A DNA stretch of 63,923 nucleotides, filler included. It is 3 parts of 3 records of this genome, joined end to end, with 100 filler letters (N's around TTAATTAATTAA, not from the genome) between each part and the next. Parts side by side here need not be neighbours in the genome. Positions count along the whole stretch, not along the records: positions 1 to 24,428 come from SRR20825006_1066; 2 more parts are not named here. The stretch is one strand, 5' to 3'. The notes below the pieces were generated by a model. That model worked only from the letters and a program-made list of their open reading frames with translations. It was not told where the DNA came from and did no database searches. Numbering within the stretch: the stretch's first letter is position 1; every line of letters starts with the position of its first letter. The position numbers were made by a program, and so were the translations under genes. Positions 10,497 through 20,337 of this stretch are shown here, piece by piece.

Positions 10497-11078
10497 TTAT
10501 AAGTTTTTAAGCGCGTTTTTTATTATGCTTTCAACACTTAAATCGGGTTCAGTTTTCACAATCTTATCCACCACCTTTTCAGCTTGTTTTCGGGCAAATC
10601 CCAAAACCTCTAAAGCTGATAACGCTTCATCTTTATTTGTATTGTCCTGCTTAGCAAAAACTTCATCAATATCGTAAATTTTAAGTATTTTATCTTTCAA
10701 ATCTATAATTACACGTTGTGCAGTTTTTGCACCGATTCCTTTTACAGATTGAATGGTTGCAACATCACTAGAAGCAATTGCATCTCGTATTTGCACAGGT
10801 TCTAAAGAGCTTAGCATTGTTCTAGCAATACTTGCCCCAATTCCTGAAACAGAAATTAGCAATCTAAAAATTTCTCTTTCTGCTTTATCTGCAAAACCGT
10901 AAAGGGTGTGTGAATCTTCTTTTACTTGTAAATGGGTATACAACTGTAAGTTTTCATTGGAGGATATCTTCGAATAGGTATTCAAAGATATATGTATTTG
11001 ATATCCTACTCCATTACACTCGATAACCACATCGGTTGGATTCTTTTCAACAAGTTTTCCTTTGATCTGTGTAATCAT
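10497..11078 (-). CDS. ruvA: Holliday junction branch migration protein RuvA
   Basis: GVGY, LYGF, LISVSGIG and VKGIGAKTAQRVIIDLKDK HhH motifs. Confidence 0.97.
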   Translation of the reverse strand: MITQIKGKLVEKNPTDVVIECNGVGYQIHISLNTYSKISSNENLQLYTHLQVKEDSHTLYGFADKAEREIFRLLISVSGIGASIARTMLSSLEPVQIRDAIASSDVATIQSVKGIGAKTAQRVIIDLKDKILKIYDIDEVFAKQDNTNKDEALSALEVLGFARKQAEKVVDKIVKTEPDLSVESIIKNALKNL

Positions 11079-11100
11079 TCTTAATAAAACGTTAATGCTC

Positions 11101-11108
11101 CAAATGTA
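11101..11108 (-). promoter_or_regulatory. Bacteroidetes -7 element (TACATTTG) for ruvA-sprA
   Basis: TAnnTTTG match upstream of ruvA. Confidence 0.55.
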
Positions 11109-11162
11109 ACAAATTTAATTACACTTAGAGCATTTAATCTTATTTTGAATTTAAATTTCTTA

Positions 11163-13451
11163 CTATAAGGCTGCTTTCTGTCGCTTTTCTTTTTCTTGAG
11201 CATCCACAACCGCTACAGCCGTCATATTCACAATCTCCTCAACCCCAGCACCTAACTGTAAAATATGTACTGGTTTATTCATACCAAGTAGGATTGGTCC
11301 AATAGAATCTGATTGATTCAATTCTTTCATTAATTTATAAGTAATATTTGCCGAATCTAAGTTTGGAAATATCAATGTATTCACTTTTTTTCCAGCAAGT
11401 TTTGAAAATGGAAACTGACTCTGAAGCAATTCTTTATTCAAAGCAAAATCTGATTGCACCTCTCCATCAACCGTAATATCTGGATAATGGCGGTGTAAAT
11501 ATGCCACGGCATCTCCAACCTTGTTTGCTCTATCATCTCTAGAAGAACCAAAGTTTGCATAAGAAAGCATTGCAATAACAGGTTCTATCCCAAACATTTT
11601 TGCCGCAGTTGCTGTCATTTGCGCTATTTTAGCCAACTCTTTTGAGGTAGGTTCTATGTTTATTGAAGTATCTGATAAAAACATTGGTCCACGCTCTGTA
11701 ATCATTAAGTTCATGGCTGCAACCTTACTTACCCCATTTGCTTTTCCGATAAGTTCTAACATCGGACGAACAACGGTTGGATACGCTCTAGAATACCCAG
11801 AAATCAAACAATCCGCATCTCCTTCATTTACCATCATGGCAGCAAAATAATTACGGTCGCGCATTTTCTTTTGCGCATCGTAGAAGGTTACTCCATGACG
11901 CTTTCTAGCTTCCCAATATTTTTTTGCATACTGATTTTTCTTCTCATTACACTCATTTGTTTTATTATCGATAATTAAAACGTCCGTATCAAAATCGATT
12001 TCCTTCATCAATTCAAGAATCGTTTCTTTATCTCCTAATAAAATAGGTTCTGCAATTCCTTCTTCTAAAACAATTTGAGCAGCTTTTAAAATATCTAAAT
12101 GATCTGCTTCTGCAAAAACTACTTTTTTAGGATTTGTCTTTGCTCTATTGTGTAGTAACCTAACAATTTTATTATCGTTTCCTAAACGTTGTAATAACTC
12201 TTCCTCATATTTAGCCCAATCTTCTATTGGTTCTTTGGCAACTCCACTATCCATTGCAGCTTTTGCAACCGCTGGCGGTACAGACGCAATAAGTCTTGGA
12301 TCAAATGGTTTAGGAATAATATAATCGCGACCAAAATTTAATCGGGTTTCTCCGTATGCAATATTTACTTGTTCAGGAACTGGCTCTTTTGTTAACTCGG
12401 CTAATGCTTTTACAGCAGCCATTTTCATTTCCTCATTAATTTTTGTAGCACGAACGTCTAAAGCCCCTCTAAAAATAAAAGGAAAACCTAGTACATTATT
12501 TACCTGATTAGGATGATCGGATCTTCCTGTTGCCATAATAATATCTTTACGAGTGCTCATTGCAAGCTCATAATCTATTTCTGGATCTGGATTTGCCATT
12601 GCAAATACTATAGGATTATCTGCCATTGAATTTAGCATTGCTGGCGAAACAATATCGGCAATTGAAAGACCTATAAACACATCGGCGTCTACCATAGCCT
12701 CTTCCAAAGTATCTATTTTTCTATCGGAAGCAAACTCTAATTTTTCTTTTGAAAGATTTTCTCGGTCTTTTCTAATAACCCCTTTACTATCTAGCATTAC
12801 AATATTTTCTGGCATAGCACCAAATGCTTTGTAAAGTCTTGTACAAGAAACTGCAGCTGCTCCAGCCCCACTAATCACAATTTTTACGTCTTCTATCTTC
12901 TTTTCAGCAATTTCTAATGCATTTAACAATGCTGCTGCAGAAATAATTGCTGTTCCATGTTGGTCGTCGTGCATTACAGGAATATCCAACTCTTCTTTTA
13001 AACGACGCTCAATTTCAAAAGCTTCGGGAGCTTTTATATCTTCTAAATTAATTCCTCCAAAAGTTGGGGCTATTGTTTTTACAGTTTCAATAAACTTATC
13101 GATATCTTTAGTATCTAATTCGATATCCATTCCATCTATATCTGCAAAAATCTTAAATAGCAATCCTTTTCCTTCCATAACAGGCTTAGAGGCTTCTGGC
13201 CCAATATCTCCAAGTCCTAAAACTGCTGTTCCATTAGTAATTACAGCTACTAAATTTCCTTTAGCAGTATATTTATAAACGTTGTCTTTATTTTTTGCAA
13301 TTTCCAAACAAGGCTCTGCTACTCCTGGAGAATATGCTAGCGCTAAATCTCTTTGTGTGGAATAACGTTTTGTTGGGACTATCTTTATTTTTCCCGGCTG
13401 GGGCTTAGCATGGTATACTAAAGCTTCTCTTCTTCTACTTTCTTTACTCAT
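11163..13451 (-). CDS. maeB: NADP-dependent malic enzyme with C-terminal PTA-like domain
   Basis: LALAYSPGVA, INLEDIKAP, HDDQHGTA, GAGAAA; 762 aa with PTA-like C-terminus. Confidence 0.96.
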   Translation of the reverse strand: MSKESRRREALVYHAKPQPGKIKIVPTKRYSTQRDLALAYSPGVAEPCLEIAKNKDNVYKYTAKGNLVAVITNGTAVLGLGDIGPEASKPVMEGKGLLFKIFADIDGMDIELDTKDIDKFIETVKTIAPTFGGINLEDIKAPEAFEIERRLKEELDIPVMHDDQHGTAIISAAALLNALEIAEKKIEDVKIVISGAGAAAVSCTRLYKAFGAMPENIVMLDSKGVIRKDRENLSKEKLEFASDRKIDTLEEAMVDADVFIGLSIADIVSPAMLNSMADNPIVFAMANPDPEIDYELAMSTRKDIIMATGRSDHPNQVNNVLGFPFIFRGALDVRATKINEEMKMAAVKALAELTKEPVPEQVNIAYGETRLNFGRDYIIPKPFDPRLIASVPPAVAKAAMDSGVAKEPIEDWAKYEEELLQRLGNDNKIVRLLHNRAKTNPKKVVFAEADHLDILKAAQIVLEEGIAEPILLGDKETILELMKEIDFDTDVLIIDNKTNECNEKKNQYAKKYWEARKRHGVTFYDAQKKMRDRNYFAAMMVNEGDADCLISGYSRAYPTVVRPMLELIGKANGVSKVAAMNLMITERGPMFLSDTSINIEPTSKELAKIAQMTATAAKMFGIEPVIAMLSYANFGSSRDDRANKVGDAVAYLHRHYPDITVDGEVQSDFALNKELLQSQFPFSKLAGKKVNTLIFPNLDSANITYKLMKELNQSDSIGPILLGMNKPVHILQLGAGVEEIVNMTAVAVVDAQEKEKRQKAAL

Positions 13452-13545
13452 AGTTGCTATTTTAATCCTTAATTGGATACTGAATATCTAGACTCCTATT
13501 TACTTATAATTTATAACATCAAAAACGACAATTCATTTTATCATA

Positions 13546-13553
13546 CAAAGGTA
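13546..13553 (-). promoter_or_regulatory. Bacteroidetes -7 element (TACCTTTG) for maeB
   Basis: TAnnTTTG match in the intergenic region. Confidence 0.5.
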
Positions 13554-13728
13554 TAAGAAACTTGTTCTAATAAAACACCTCAAAAGTGAAATGTTTTTGT
13601 AAATTTTAAATAATTATACATCTCTTAAATTACAATTAATTATGTCTTAGCGCTGCATTTAGACATATAATATTTTTACTATATTTAATTGCTTAACGCT
13701 TAACAATTGTCAAGCTAAATAATACTTC

Positions 13729-14787
13729 ATGTATACACAAAAGATATTTGGTGCAAAGGATATGTTGCTTTGGACACGCTTTGAACTCTACAAATTTATA
13801 ATTATTGCCACTATAGAAGTTCTTATATTTAATTTAAGTGATGGGATTGTACAAATCCCTTTTACTCCAGTTGCTTTAGTAGGTACTGCTGTTGCTTTTA
13901 TTATTGGTTTTCAGAGTAATTCTGCTTATGGTAGAATTTGGGAAGCAAGACAAATATGGGGTTCTATAGTTAATTCTTCCAGAACTTTTGGAATGATGAC
14001 AAAAGACTTTATCAATAATGAACATGCGCAAAATCCTATAAGTGAAGAGGAACTTCAACAAGAAATTAAAACAATAACCTACAGACATATTGCTTGGATG
14101 ACCGCTTTGCGTTATGCAATGCGGCAACCCAAACCATGGGAATATGTAATGAAAGAAAACACTAATAAAGAGTGGGCAAATAAAATTTATGTTCCTGAAT
14201 TTAATATCCCTTTCAACGAAGCTATTACCCCTTACCTATCTAAAGAAGAAATTGAACATCTTCAAAATAAAAGCAACAAACAAACTGCAATTTTATATTT
14301 ACAATCCAAGCATTTAAAAAAATTAAAAGAAAAGGGGCTTATTTGGGAGTTTTCTTTTTTAGAATTAGAAAATGTAATAGAAGAACTTTTTACACACCAA
14401 GGTAAATCTGAAAGGATAAAAAACTTTCCATACCCAAGACAGTTTGCCTCTCTTTTACACTACTTTACTTGGCTTTTTATTTTGACAATCCCTATAGCTA
14501 TTGCCGCTCAATTTCATGATTTAGGAGAAACCCTTGCAGAAAAAACAGTTGGTTTAGATCAATGGTTTGTTTGGTTATCTGTTCCTTTTTCAATAGCTGT
14601 AATGTGGGTTTTTCATACAATGAATAGGATAGGAAGAGTTGGTGAAAATCCATTTGAAGGCTCTGCAAACGACGTGCCTATTTCTACCATTGCAAGAGGA
14701 ATCGAAATAGATTTAAGACAGAATCTAGGCGAAGATCCAGAAAGCATCCCAAATCAATTTGAAGAAAGAAGTTATGTGCAGATGTAA
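13729..14787 (+). CDS. Bestrophin family (YneE-like) ion channel
   Basis: GFQSNSAYGRIWEARQIWG, ERIKNFPYP, ENPFEG..NDVP motifs. Confidence 0.88.
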   Translation: MYTQKIFGAKDMLLWTRFELYKFIIIATIEVLIFNLSDGIVQIPFTPVALVGTAVAFIIGFQSNSAYGRIWEARQIWGSIVNSSRTFGMMTKDFINNEHAQNPISEEELQQEIKTITYRHIAWMTALRYAMRQPKPWEYVMKENTNKEWANKIYVPEFNIPFNEAITPYLSKEEIEHLQNKSNKQTAILYLQSKHLKKLKEKGLIWEFSFLELENVIEELFTHQGKSERIKNFPYPRQFASLLHYFTWLFILTIPIAIAAQFHDLGETLAEKTVGLDQWFVWLSVPFSIAVMWVFHTMNRIGRVGENPFEGSANDVPISTIARGIEIDLRQNLGEDPESIPNQFEERSYVQM

Positions 14788-14835
14788 AATCCTAGCTTAA
14801 AATAATTCTCTTTCTACTATGTCTGTTTGAATGGA

Positions 14836-15765
14836 TTATTTATCCTTCAAAAACTCAATATTTCGTTTTAATCCAGCAAATTTTGTTCGCTTTACGGGCG
14901 ATTTTTTAAAAATTTCACTAAAAACCTCTTGTGTAATTTCTTCCCAATCCTTTTTCGACATAGAAAGAAGTTCAGGATTTGGGTTAAAAAGGGGTTCGTT
15001 ATGAGGTTTTGAGAAACGATTCCATGGGCATACATCTTGACACACATCGCAACCAAACATCCAATCATCAAATTTACCTGAAAATTCTGTAGGAATTTGG
15101 TCTTTCAATTCAATCGTAAAATAAGAAATACACTTACTGCCATCCACCACATAGGGCTCTGTAATTGCTTCTGTAGGGCAAGCATCTATACAGGCAGTAC
15201 AACTCCCACAATGATCTGTTACAGGAGCGTCGTAATCCAACTCTAAATCTACTATTAATTCAGCAATAAAAAAGAAAGACCCCACTTGCTTGGAAAGTAA
15301 ATTACTGTTTTTACCTACCCATCCTAATCCACTTTTTGCTGCCCAAGCCTTATCAAGCACAGGTGCAGAATCTACAAAAGCTCGCCCACCAACTTCTCCT
15401 ATTTCCATTTCTATAAAAGTTAGAAGTTGCTTTAATTTATCTTTTATTACAAAATGGTAATCGGTTCCATAAGCATACTTTGATATTTTAGGCGCTTCTG
15501 GATCTTGTTGGGTTTGCGAAGGAAAATAATTTAGCAATAACGATATTACAGATTTTGACCCCTCTACTAGAAGTCGCGGATCTAAACGCTTATCAAAATG
15601 ATTTTCCATATACTGCATTTCGCCATGCATATTATTTTTCAACCATTTCTCCAATCTAGGCGCTTCTTCTTCTAAAAAATCTGCTTTAGAAATTCCACAC
15701 GACAAAAATCCGAGGCGTTTAGCTTCCGTTTTAATTAGGGCTGTATGTTTTTCTTTTACTGTCAA
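14836..15765 (-). CDS. queG: tRNA epoxyqueuosine(34) reductase
   Basis: [30 protein letters not shown] and [13 protein letters not shown] Fe-S motifs. Confidence 0.96.
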   Translation of the reverse strand: MTVKEKHTALIKTEAKRLGFLSCGISKADFLEEEAPRLEKWLKNNMHGEMQYMENHFDKRLDPRLLVEGSKSVISLLLNYFPSQTQQDPEAPKISKYAYGTDYHFVIKDKLKQLLTFIEMEIGEVGGRAFVDSAPVLDKAWAAKSGLGWVGKNSNLLSKQVGSFFFIAELIVDLELDYDAPVTDHCGSCTACIDACPTEAITEPYVVDGSKCISYFTIELKDQIPTEFSGKFDDWMFGCDVCQDVCPWNRFSKPHNEPLFNPNPELLSMSKKDWEEITQEVFSEIFKKSPVKRTKFAGLKRNIEFLKDK

Positions 15766-17096
15766 TTATTAACTCTCATTTTAAAATAAAGTGGAACGTT
15801 TTTAGGCTTTAACGAAATAAGTGGGTTTATCTCTATGGCATTTAATTTAGAAGATATCTCATACTTTTTAAGTACTTCTACCAAAACAAGTATCATTTCA
15901 AACATAGCAAAGTTATTTCCAACACACATTCGTGGACCCGCTCCAAATGGATAATAATATGCTGAATATTCTTTTTTATCGATATCTAAAAATCGTTCTG
16001 GACGGTATTCGTCTGGATATTCCCAAAAACTCTGCTCCCTTTGCAACTCATAAATAGACAATAATATAAGTGTATCCTTTTTAAAAGTATGTCCTTCTAC
16101 CTCATCATCTTCAACAGCTACTCTATCTATAACATATACGGGCGGATACAAACGCATTGCCTCTTCAATACAGGATTTTGCATAAGGTAGTTTCCCAAAA
16201 ATTTCAGCTAAATTACCTTCATCAATATTTATATTTTTTACTTCTTGATAAAGTTTCTCTTGAATTTCAGGATTTTTAGCCAAGAGAAATAATGTAAAAC
16301 TCAGCGCATTTGCTGTTGTTTCATGTCCCGCAGTAAATAAAATTAAAACCTCATCAATTAATTGCTGTCTCGACATAAAAGTTCCATCGTCATATTTAGC
16401 ATTTAGCAACATATCGAGAAGATCATTCTCTTCTTTTTCTGAAGAAATCCTTTCTTCGATTATGGTATTTAGAATATCCCTTCCTTCTTTAGCATATCCA
16501 AGATGTCTATTTTTCATTCCTGATAAAGAAAACCACCATTGAAGATAAGGTTGTCTCATTTCTCGAATTACCATTTGCTGATTTACTTCTGTTATATGCT
16601 GAAGTTTTGCCATAGCCTCTCGGATATCCGACCTGCTAAACAACGATTTTGCAACCACCTGAAATGCTAAGTCGCCCATTAGCGGATAAACATCCAATGT
16701 AGTATTTTCTTTAATCTGAAGAAGCTCTCCTTTTATTGCTTGACACATTATTTGAAGTAAATCTGCTAGCTTCTTTTTATGAAATGCTGGTTGTATCATT
16801 CTTCGATGCACAAGCCAATGTTCCCCTTCTGAAGTTAATAAACCACGACCAATATAATTTGCTAAATCCTCGGTTTGTAATGGTGATTTTTTATAATTCC
16901 CATGATTTTTTTGAAGGACGTGTCGAATAATTTTTGGATTTTTTGTAAAAACAACTGGTTCTCCAGCAGGCGTCCGAACCGTAAAGATTGCTCCTAATTC
17001 TTCAAAAATCTCTCTATGAAAAGAAATAGGATTTTTTAAAATCCGCTTTGCATTTAAAATCACTCTCCAATGTGGAACTTTCGGTAATTTATGCAT
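15762..17096 (-). CDS. Cytochrome P450
   Basis: AGHETT I-helix, EEAMR (ExxR), [14 protein letters not shown] heme-binding motif. Confidence 0.96.
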   Translation of the reverse strand: MHKLPKVPHWRVILNAKRILKNPISFHREIFEELGAIFTVRTPAGEPVVFTKNPKIIRHVLQKNHGNYKKSPLQTEDLANYIGRGLLTSEGEHWLVHRRMIQPAFHKKKLADLLQIMCQAIKGELLQIKENTTLDVYPLMGDLAFQVVAKSLFSRSDIREAMAKLQHITEVNQQMVIREMRQPYLQWWFSLSGMKNRHLGYAKEGRDILNTIIEERISSEKEENDLLDMLLNAKYDDGTFMSRQQLIDEVLILFTAGHETTANALSFTLFLLAKNPEIQEKLYQEVKNINIDEGNLAEIFGKLPYAKSCIEEAMRLYPPVYVIDRVAVEDDEVEGHTFKKDTLILLSIYELQREQSFWEYPDEYRPERFLDIDKKEYSAYYYPFGAGPRMCVGNNFAMFEMILVLVEVLKKYEISSKLNAIEINPLISLKPKNVPLYFKMRVNN

Positions 17097-17135
17097 AAAA
17101 ATCTCGAATTTTTGTTATTTCCAATAAGCAATACT

Positions 17136-18158
17136 TTAAAATAGTCCTCCTTGAATCCCTCCTTTTACTCTTCCCAAATGTTTATAAGCAAGCTCGGTAA
17201 CCTCTCTCCCACGCGGAGTTCTATGGATAAATCCTTGTTGTATTAAAAAAGGCTCATACACCTCTTCAATAGTTTCCGCACTTTCGGATACCGCAGTTGC
17301 CAATGTAGTAATTCCCACTGGCCCTCCTTTAAATTTATCAATAATAGTTGTTAGAATTTTATTATCCATTTCATCCAAACCAAAGGCATCTACATTAAGC
17401 GCTTTGAGTCCGAATTTAGAAATTTCAATATCTATTTTTCCATTACCTTTTATCTGAGCAAAATCTCGAATCCTGCGTAAAAGTGCATTTGCAATACGAG
17501 GCGTTCCTCTACTACGTCCTGCAATTTCTATAGCCGCTTCCATAGAAATTGGCATTTTTAAAATTTGTGCACTTCTTTGAACAATATCTGCCAATAACTC
17601 CGTAGAATAATATTGGAGTCGGCTACTAATTCCAAATCTAGCACGCATTGGCGCTGTTAATAATCCAGAGCGTGTGGTAGCACCTATAAGCGTAAACGGA
17701 TTCAAATTAATCTGCACCGTCCTTGCATTAGGACCACTTTCAATCATAATATCGATTTTATAGTCTTCCATTGCAGAATACAAATACTCTTCTACAATAG
17801 GGCTCAATCTATGAATTTCATCTATAAAAAGTACATCGCGCTCCTCTAAATTAGTAAGTAATCCCGCTAAATCTCCAGGCTTATCAAGCACTGGTCCAGA
17901 GGTTACTTTTATTCCTACCCCTAACTCATTTGCCAGAATATGCGCCAAAGTTGTTTTTCCTAGCCCTGGAGGACCATGAAACAAAGTATGATCCAACGCT
18001 TCGGAACGTAGATTAGCCGCTTGCACAAAAACAGTTAAGTTTTCTAATACTTGATCTTGACCAGCAAAATCATCAAAACTTAACGGTCGTAATGCCTTTT
18101 CTATATCTACTTCTTCCGCAGAAAAATTATCGCCTGTAGGATCTAAATATTCGTTCAT
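17136..18158 (-). CDS. ruvB: Holliday junction DNA helicase RuvB
   Basis: [19 protein letters not shown] Walker [23 protein letters not shown]. Confidence 0.98.
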   Translation of the reverse strand: MNEYLDPTGDNFSAEEVDIEKALRPLSFDDFAGQDQVLENLTVFVQAANLRSEALDHTLFHGPPGLGKTTLAHILANELGVGIKVTSGPVLDKPGDLAGLLTNLEERDVLFIDEIHRLSPIVEEYLYSAMEDYKIDIMIESGPNARTVQINLNPFTLIGATTRSGLLTAPMRARFGISSRLQYYSTELLADIVQRSAQILKMPISMEAAIEIAGRSRGTPRIANALLRRIRDFAQIKGNGKIDIEISKFGLKALNVDAFGLDEMDNKILTTIIDKFKGGPVGITTLATAVSESAETIEEVYEPFLIQQGFIHRTPRGREVTELAYKHLGRVKGGIQGGLF

Positions 18159-18164
18159 AGATTA

Positions 18165-18172
18165 CAAAAGTA
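18165..18172 (-). promoter_or_regulatory. Bacteroidetes -7 element (TACTTTTG) for ruvB-P450-queG
   Basis: TAnnTTTG match only 6 nt upstream of the start codon, suggesting a leaderless or very short 5' UTR. Confidence 0.5.
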
Positions 18173-18383
18173 CGTGATTTTTTATATTGAAATCATAGCC
18201 TTCCAAAAGTTTGGTAAAAGATTCTTATGCTTATAGATTAAAGAGCAATAAATGCTAAGTTTTTAATACCATTATTTTTTTATAATGATGGTATCTTACA
18301 AAGATTTAATTCTTTATAATCACAACATCCAAAAAAAAACCTTTTTAATAAAGCAGTACAATTATATAAGGAAAAATAATAAG

Positions 18384-20117
18384 TTAATATCCTGGGTTTT
18401 GCTTTGCATTAGGGTTTAAATCTATTTCCCTTGCTGGTATTGGCCAAATATATTTATGTGATTGGTAATGTTTTTTTGGATTATTTTCAGACTGTTCATT
18501 ATAGCTATTTATAGCACTTTCTAACATTTTTGTACGTATTAAATCGTCTTTCCTATAACCCTCCATAAAAAACTCTTTTGCTCTTTCATCCAATATAACC
18601 TGCAAAAATTCAGATTTACTTAAACCTGCCGAAATGTTGTGATTTTCATTAGAGTATGCTCTTCTTCTCACTTCATTAATCAACATAAGGGCTTCTGATG
18701 TTGGTCCAGATATTGCATTAATAGCTTCAGCCTTCATCAATAATATATCTGCATAACGAATTAAAATAAAATCAAAATCTTCATTATCTTCTTGTACAGG
18801 AGTATCTATGTTTTTCTGATATTTATATGGACGCCATTCTCCTTTATCTTCTAGGTTTATCTTGTCACCACCCTCCACTTTAAATGTAGCTATATTTTGA
18901 TAAAATCTTTTGTCTGCCGTCTCTATTGGAAAAGAAACGGGGAATTCCAATGGAGAAGATTGGTCAAAATAATCATTAACAGTACTGGTAGATAATTTAA
19001 AAAAGTCGTGCTTAGAATAGCCTAATGCCCCCCATAATACTCCATAGTTACCTCCTACATTTTTAGAAGAATCAAAGTCTACTTTAAATATAATTTCTGA
19101 GTTTTCTTTTAAATCATTTTTAAAAAGAGCTCCGTAATTTTGTAACAAAGTAAATTTACCTTCTACTTCCTCAAACTGTTGAATGGCCTTACTATAATTT
19201 TCTTCTAGTTGCATTGGAAATCCTGCAGATTGGAGATACACCTTCCCTAACAAAGCAGTTGCTGCCTCCTTAGATGCCCTTTTTGACGAAGTAAATGTTG
19301 GTAGATTATCTTTTGCAAATTGCAAATCTGAAATAATTAAATCGTAGGCCTTTTCACCTCCTTGTTTATCAGGGAGTGAAACACTTTCATAATCGTCTTC
19401 CGTAACAACAATTGGATTCCCATATAATTTAACCATATTAAAATATAACAGCCCTCGTAAAAACATAAGTTCTGCCTTTTGTATTTGCTCTGTTGGTGAT
19501 AATTCCTTTTCAATTTCTTTCAACTCTTTTAAACCATAATTAATAGTACGAACTATTAAATTATAATGAGCCTCCCAAACACTATTAATAAGATTATTGT
19601 TTTGATCAAAATAATAAGCATCTAGCTCTGTAAAAACAGTATATTTATCTTGATTACAATACACTTTATCAGACCCTATTTCTCCCCAATAACTAACATA
19701 CCCCGAAGCATCAAAAATATATCTATCATTTAACCTCTCATAAGCTTCAGCAATAATTTCATCTACTTTAATGCCTACAGGTAAAATAGGATCAACAGGA
19801 TCAACTATTATAGTTACATCATTTTGAATCCCTTCCTTAACAGTTATTTTAGCTCTAAAGTCTATGATATCTTCTGGTAATCGAGCTTTAACAGTATAAT
19901 CCCCAGGCTCTATATCATTGATTATAGCTTCCCCTTTAATATTTGTATTTACAGTAGTAGTAATTGGTATTGTCGTTACTTCTGCGTCAGAAATTAAATT
20001 ATTTTTATCATCAACAACTAAAATCTTTAAAATAGTATTTGGAACCTGATTATTCTCATCTTTAGAACAGCTAGAGATAATAAAAAATAGAAATAGAAAA
20101 TAGATGGTATTTTTCAT
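18384..20117 (-). CDS. RagB/SusD-family lipoprotein with N-terminal carboxypeptidase-regulatory-like (Ig-like) domain
   Basis: Lipobox ISSC; AELMFLRGLLYFNMVKLYG, IRYADILLMKAEA, ERAKEFFMEGYR..DL.R, PIP..EI..NP...QNPGY. Confidence 0.88.
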   Translation of the reverse strand: MKNTIYFLFLFFIISSCSKDENNQVPNTILKILVVDDKNNLISDAEVTTIPITTTVNTNIKGEAIINDIEPGDYTVKARLPEDIIDFRAKITVKEGIQNDVTIIVDPVDPILPVGIKVDEIIAEAYERLNDRYIFDASGYVSYWGEIGSDKVYCNQDKYTVFTELDAYYFDQNNNLINSVWEAHYNLIVRTINYGLKELKEIEKELSPTEQIQKAELMFLRGLLYFNMVKLYGNPIVVTEDDYESVSLPDKQGGEKAYDLIISDLQFAKDNLPTFTSSKRASKEAATALLGKVYLQSAGFPMQLEENYSKAIQQFEEVEGKFTLLQNYGALFKNDLKENSEIIFKVDFDSSKNVGGNYGVLWGALGYSKHDFFKLSTSTVNDYFDQSSPLEFPVSFPIETADKRFYQNIATFKVEGGDKINLEDKGEWRPYKYQKNIDTPVQEDNEDFDFILIRYADILLMKAEAINAISGPTSEALMLINEVRRRAYSNENHNISAGLSKSEFLQVILDERAKEFFMEGYRKDDLIRTKMLESAINSYNEQSENNPKKHYQSHKYIWPIPAREIDLNPNAKQNPGY

Positions 20118-20337
20118 GTGCTTTAATCCTTTCTTTATAGAAAATTTCTTAAGTAGGTCAAAAATAGAAATATTTATTACATATAAATGATAGTATCAAA
20201 AAAACATTTCATGCCACATAAGTTTTAATCTCTCAATCATTACTAATTAATATTTTCTATTAGTTTCACATAGCAATACCAAGTTATAAATTGGTTAAAT
20301 TTTATTTTTCTGAAATAGAAATTTGTAATTTGTAGCT

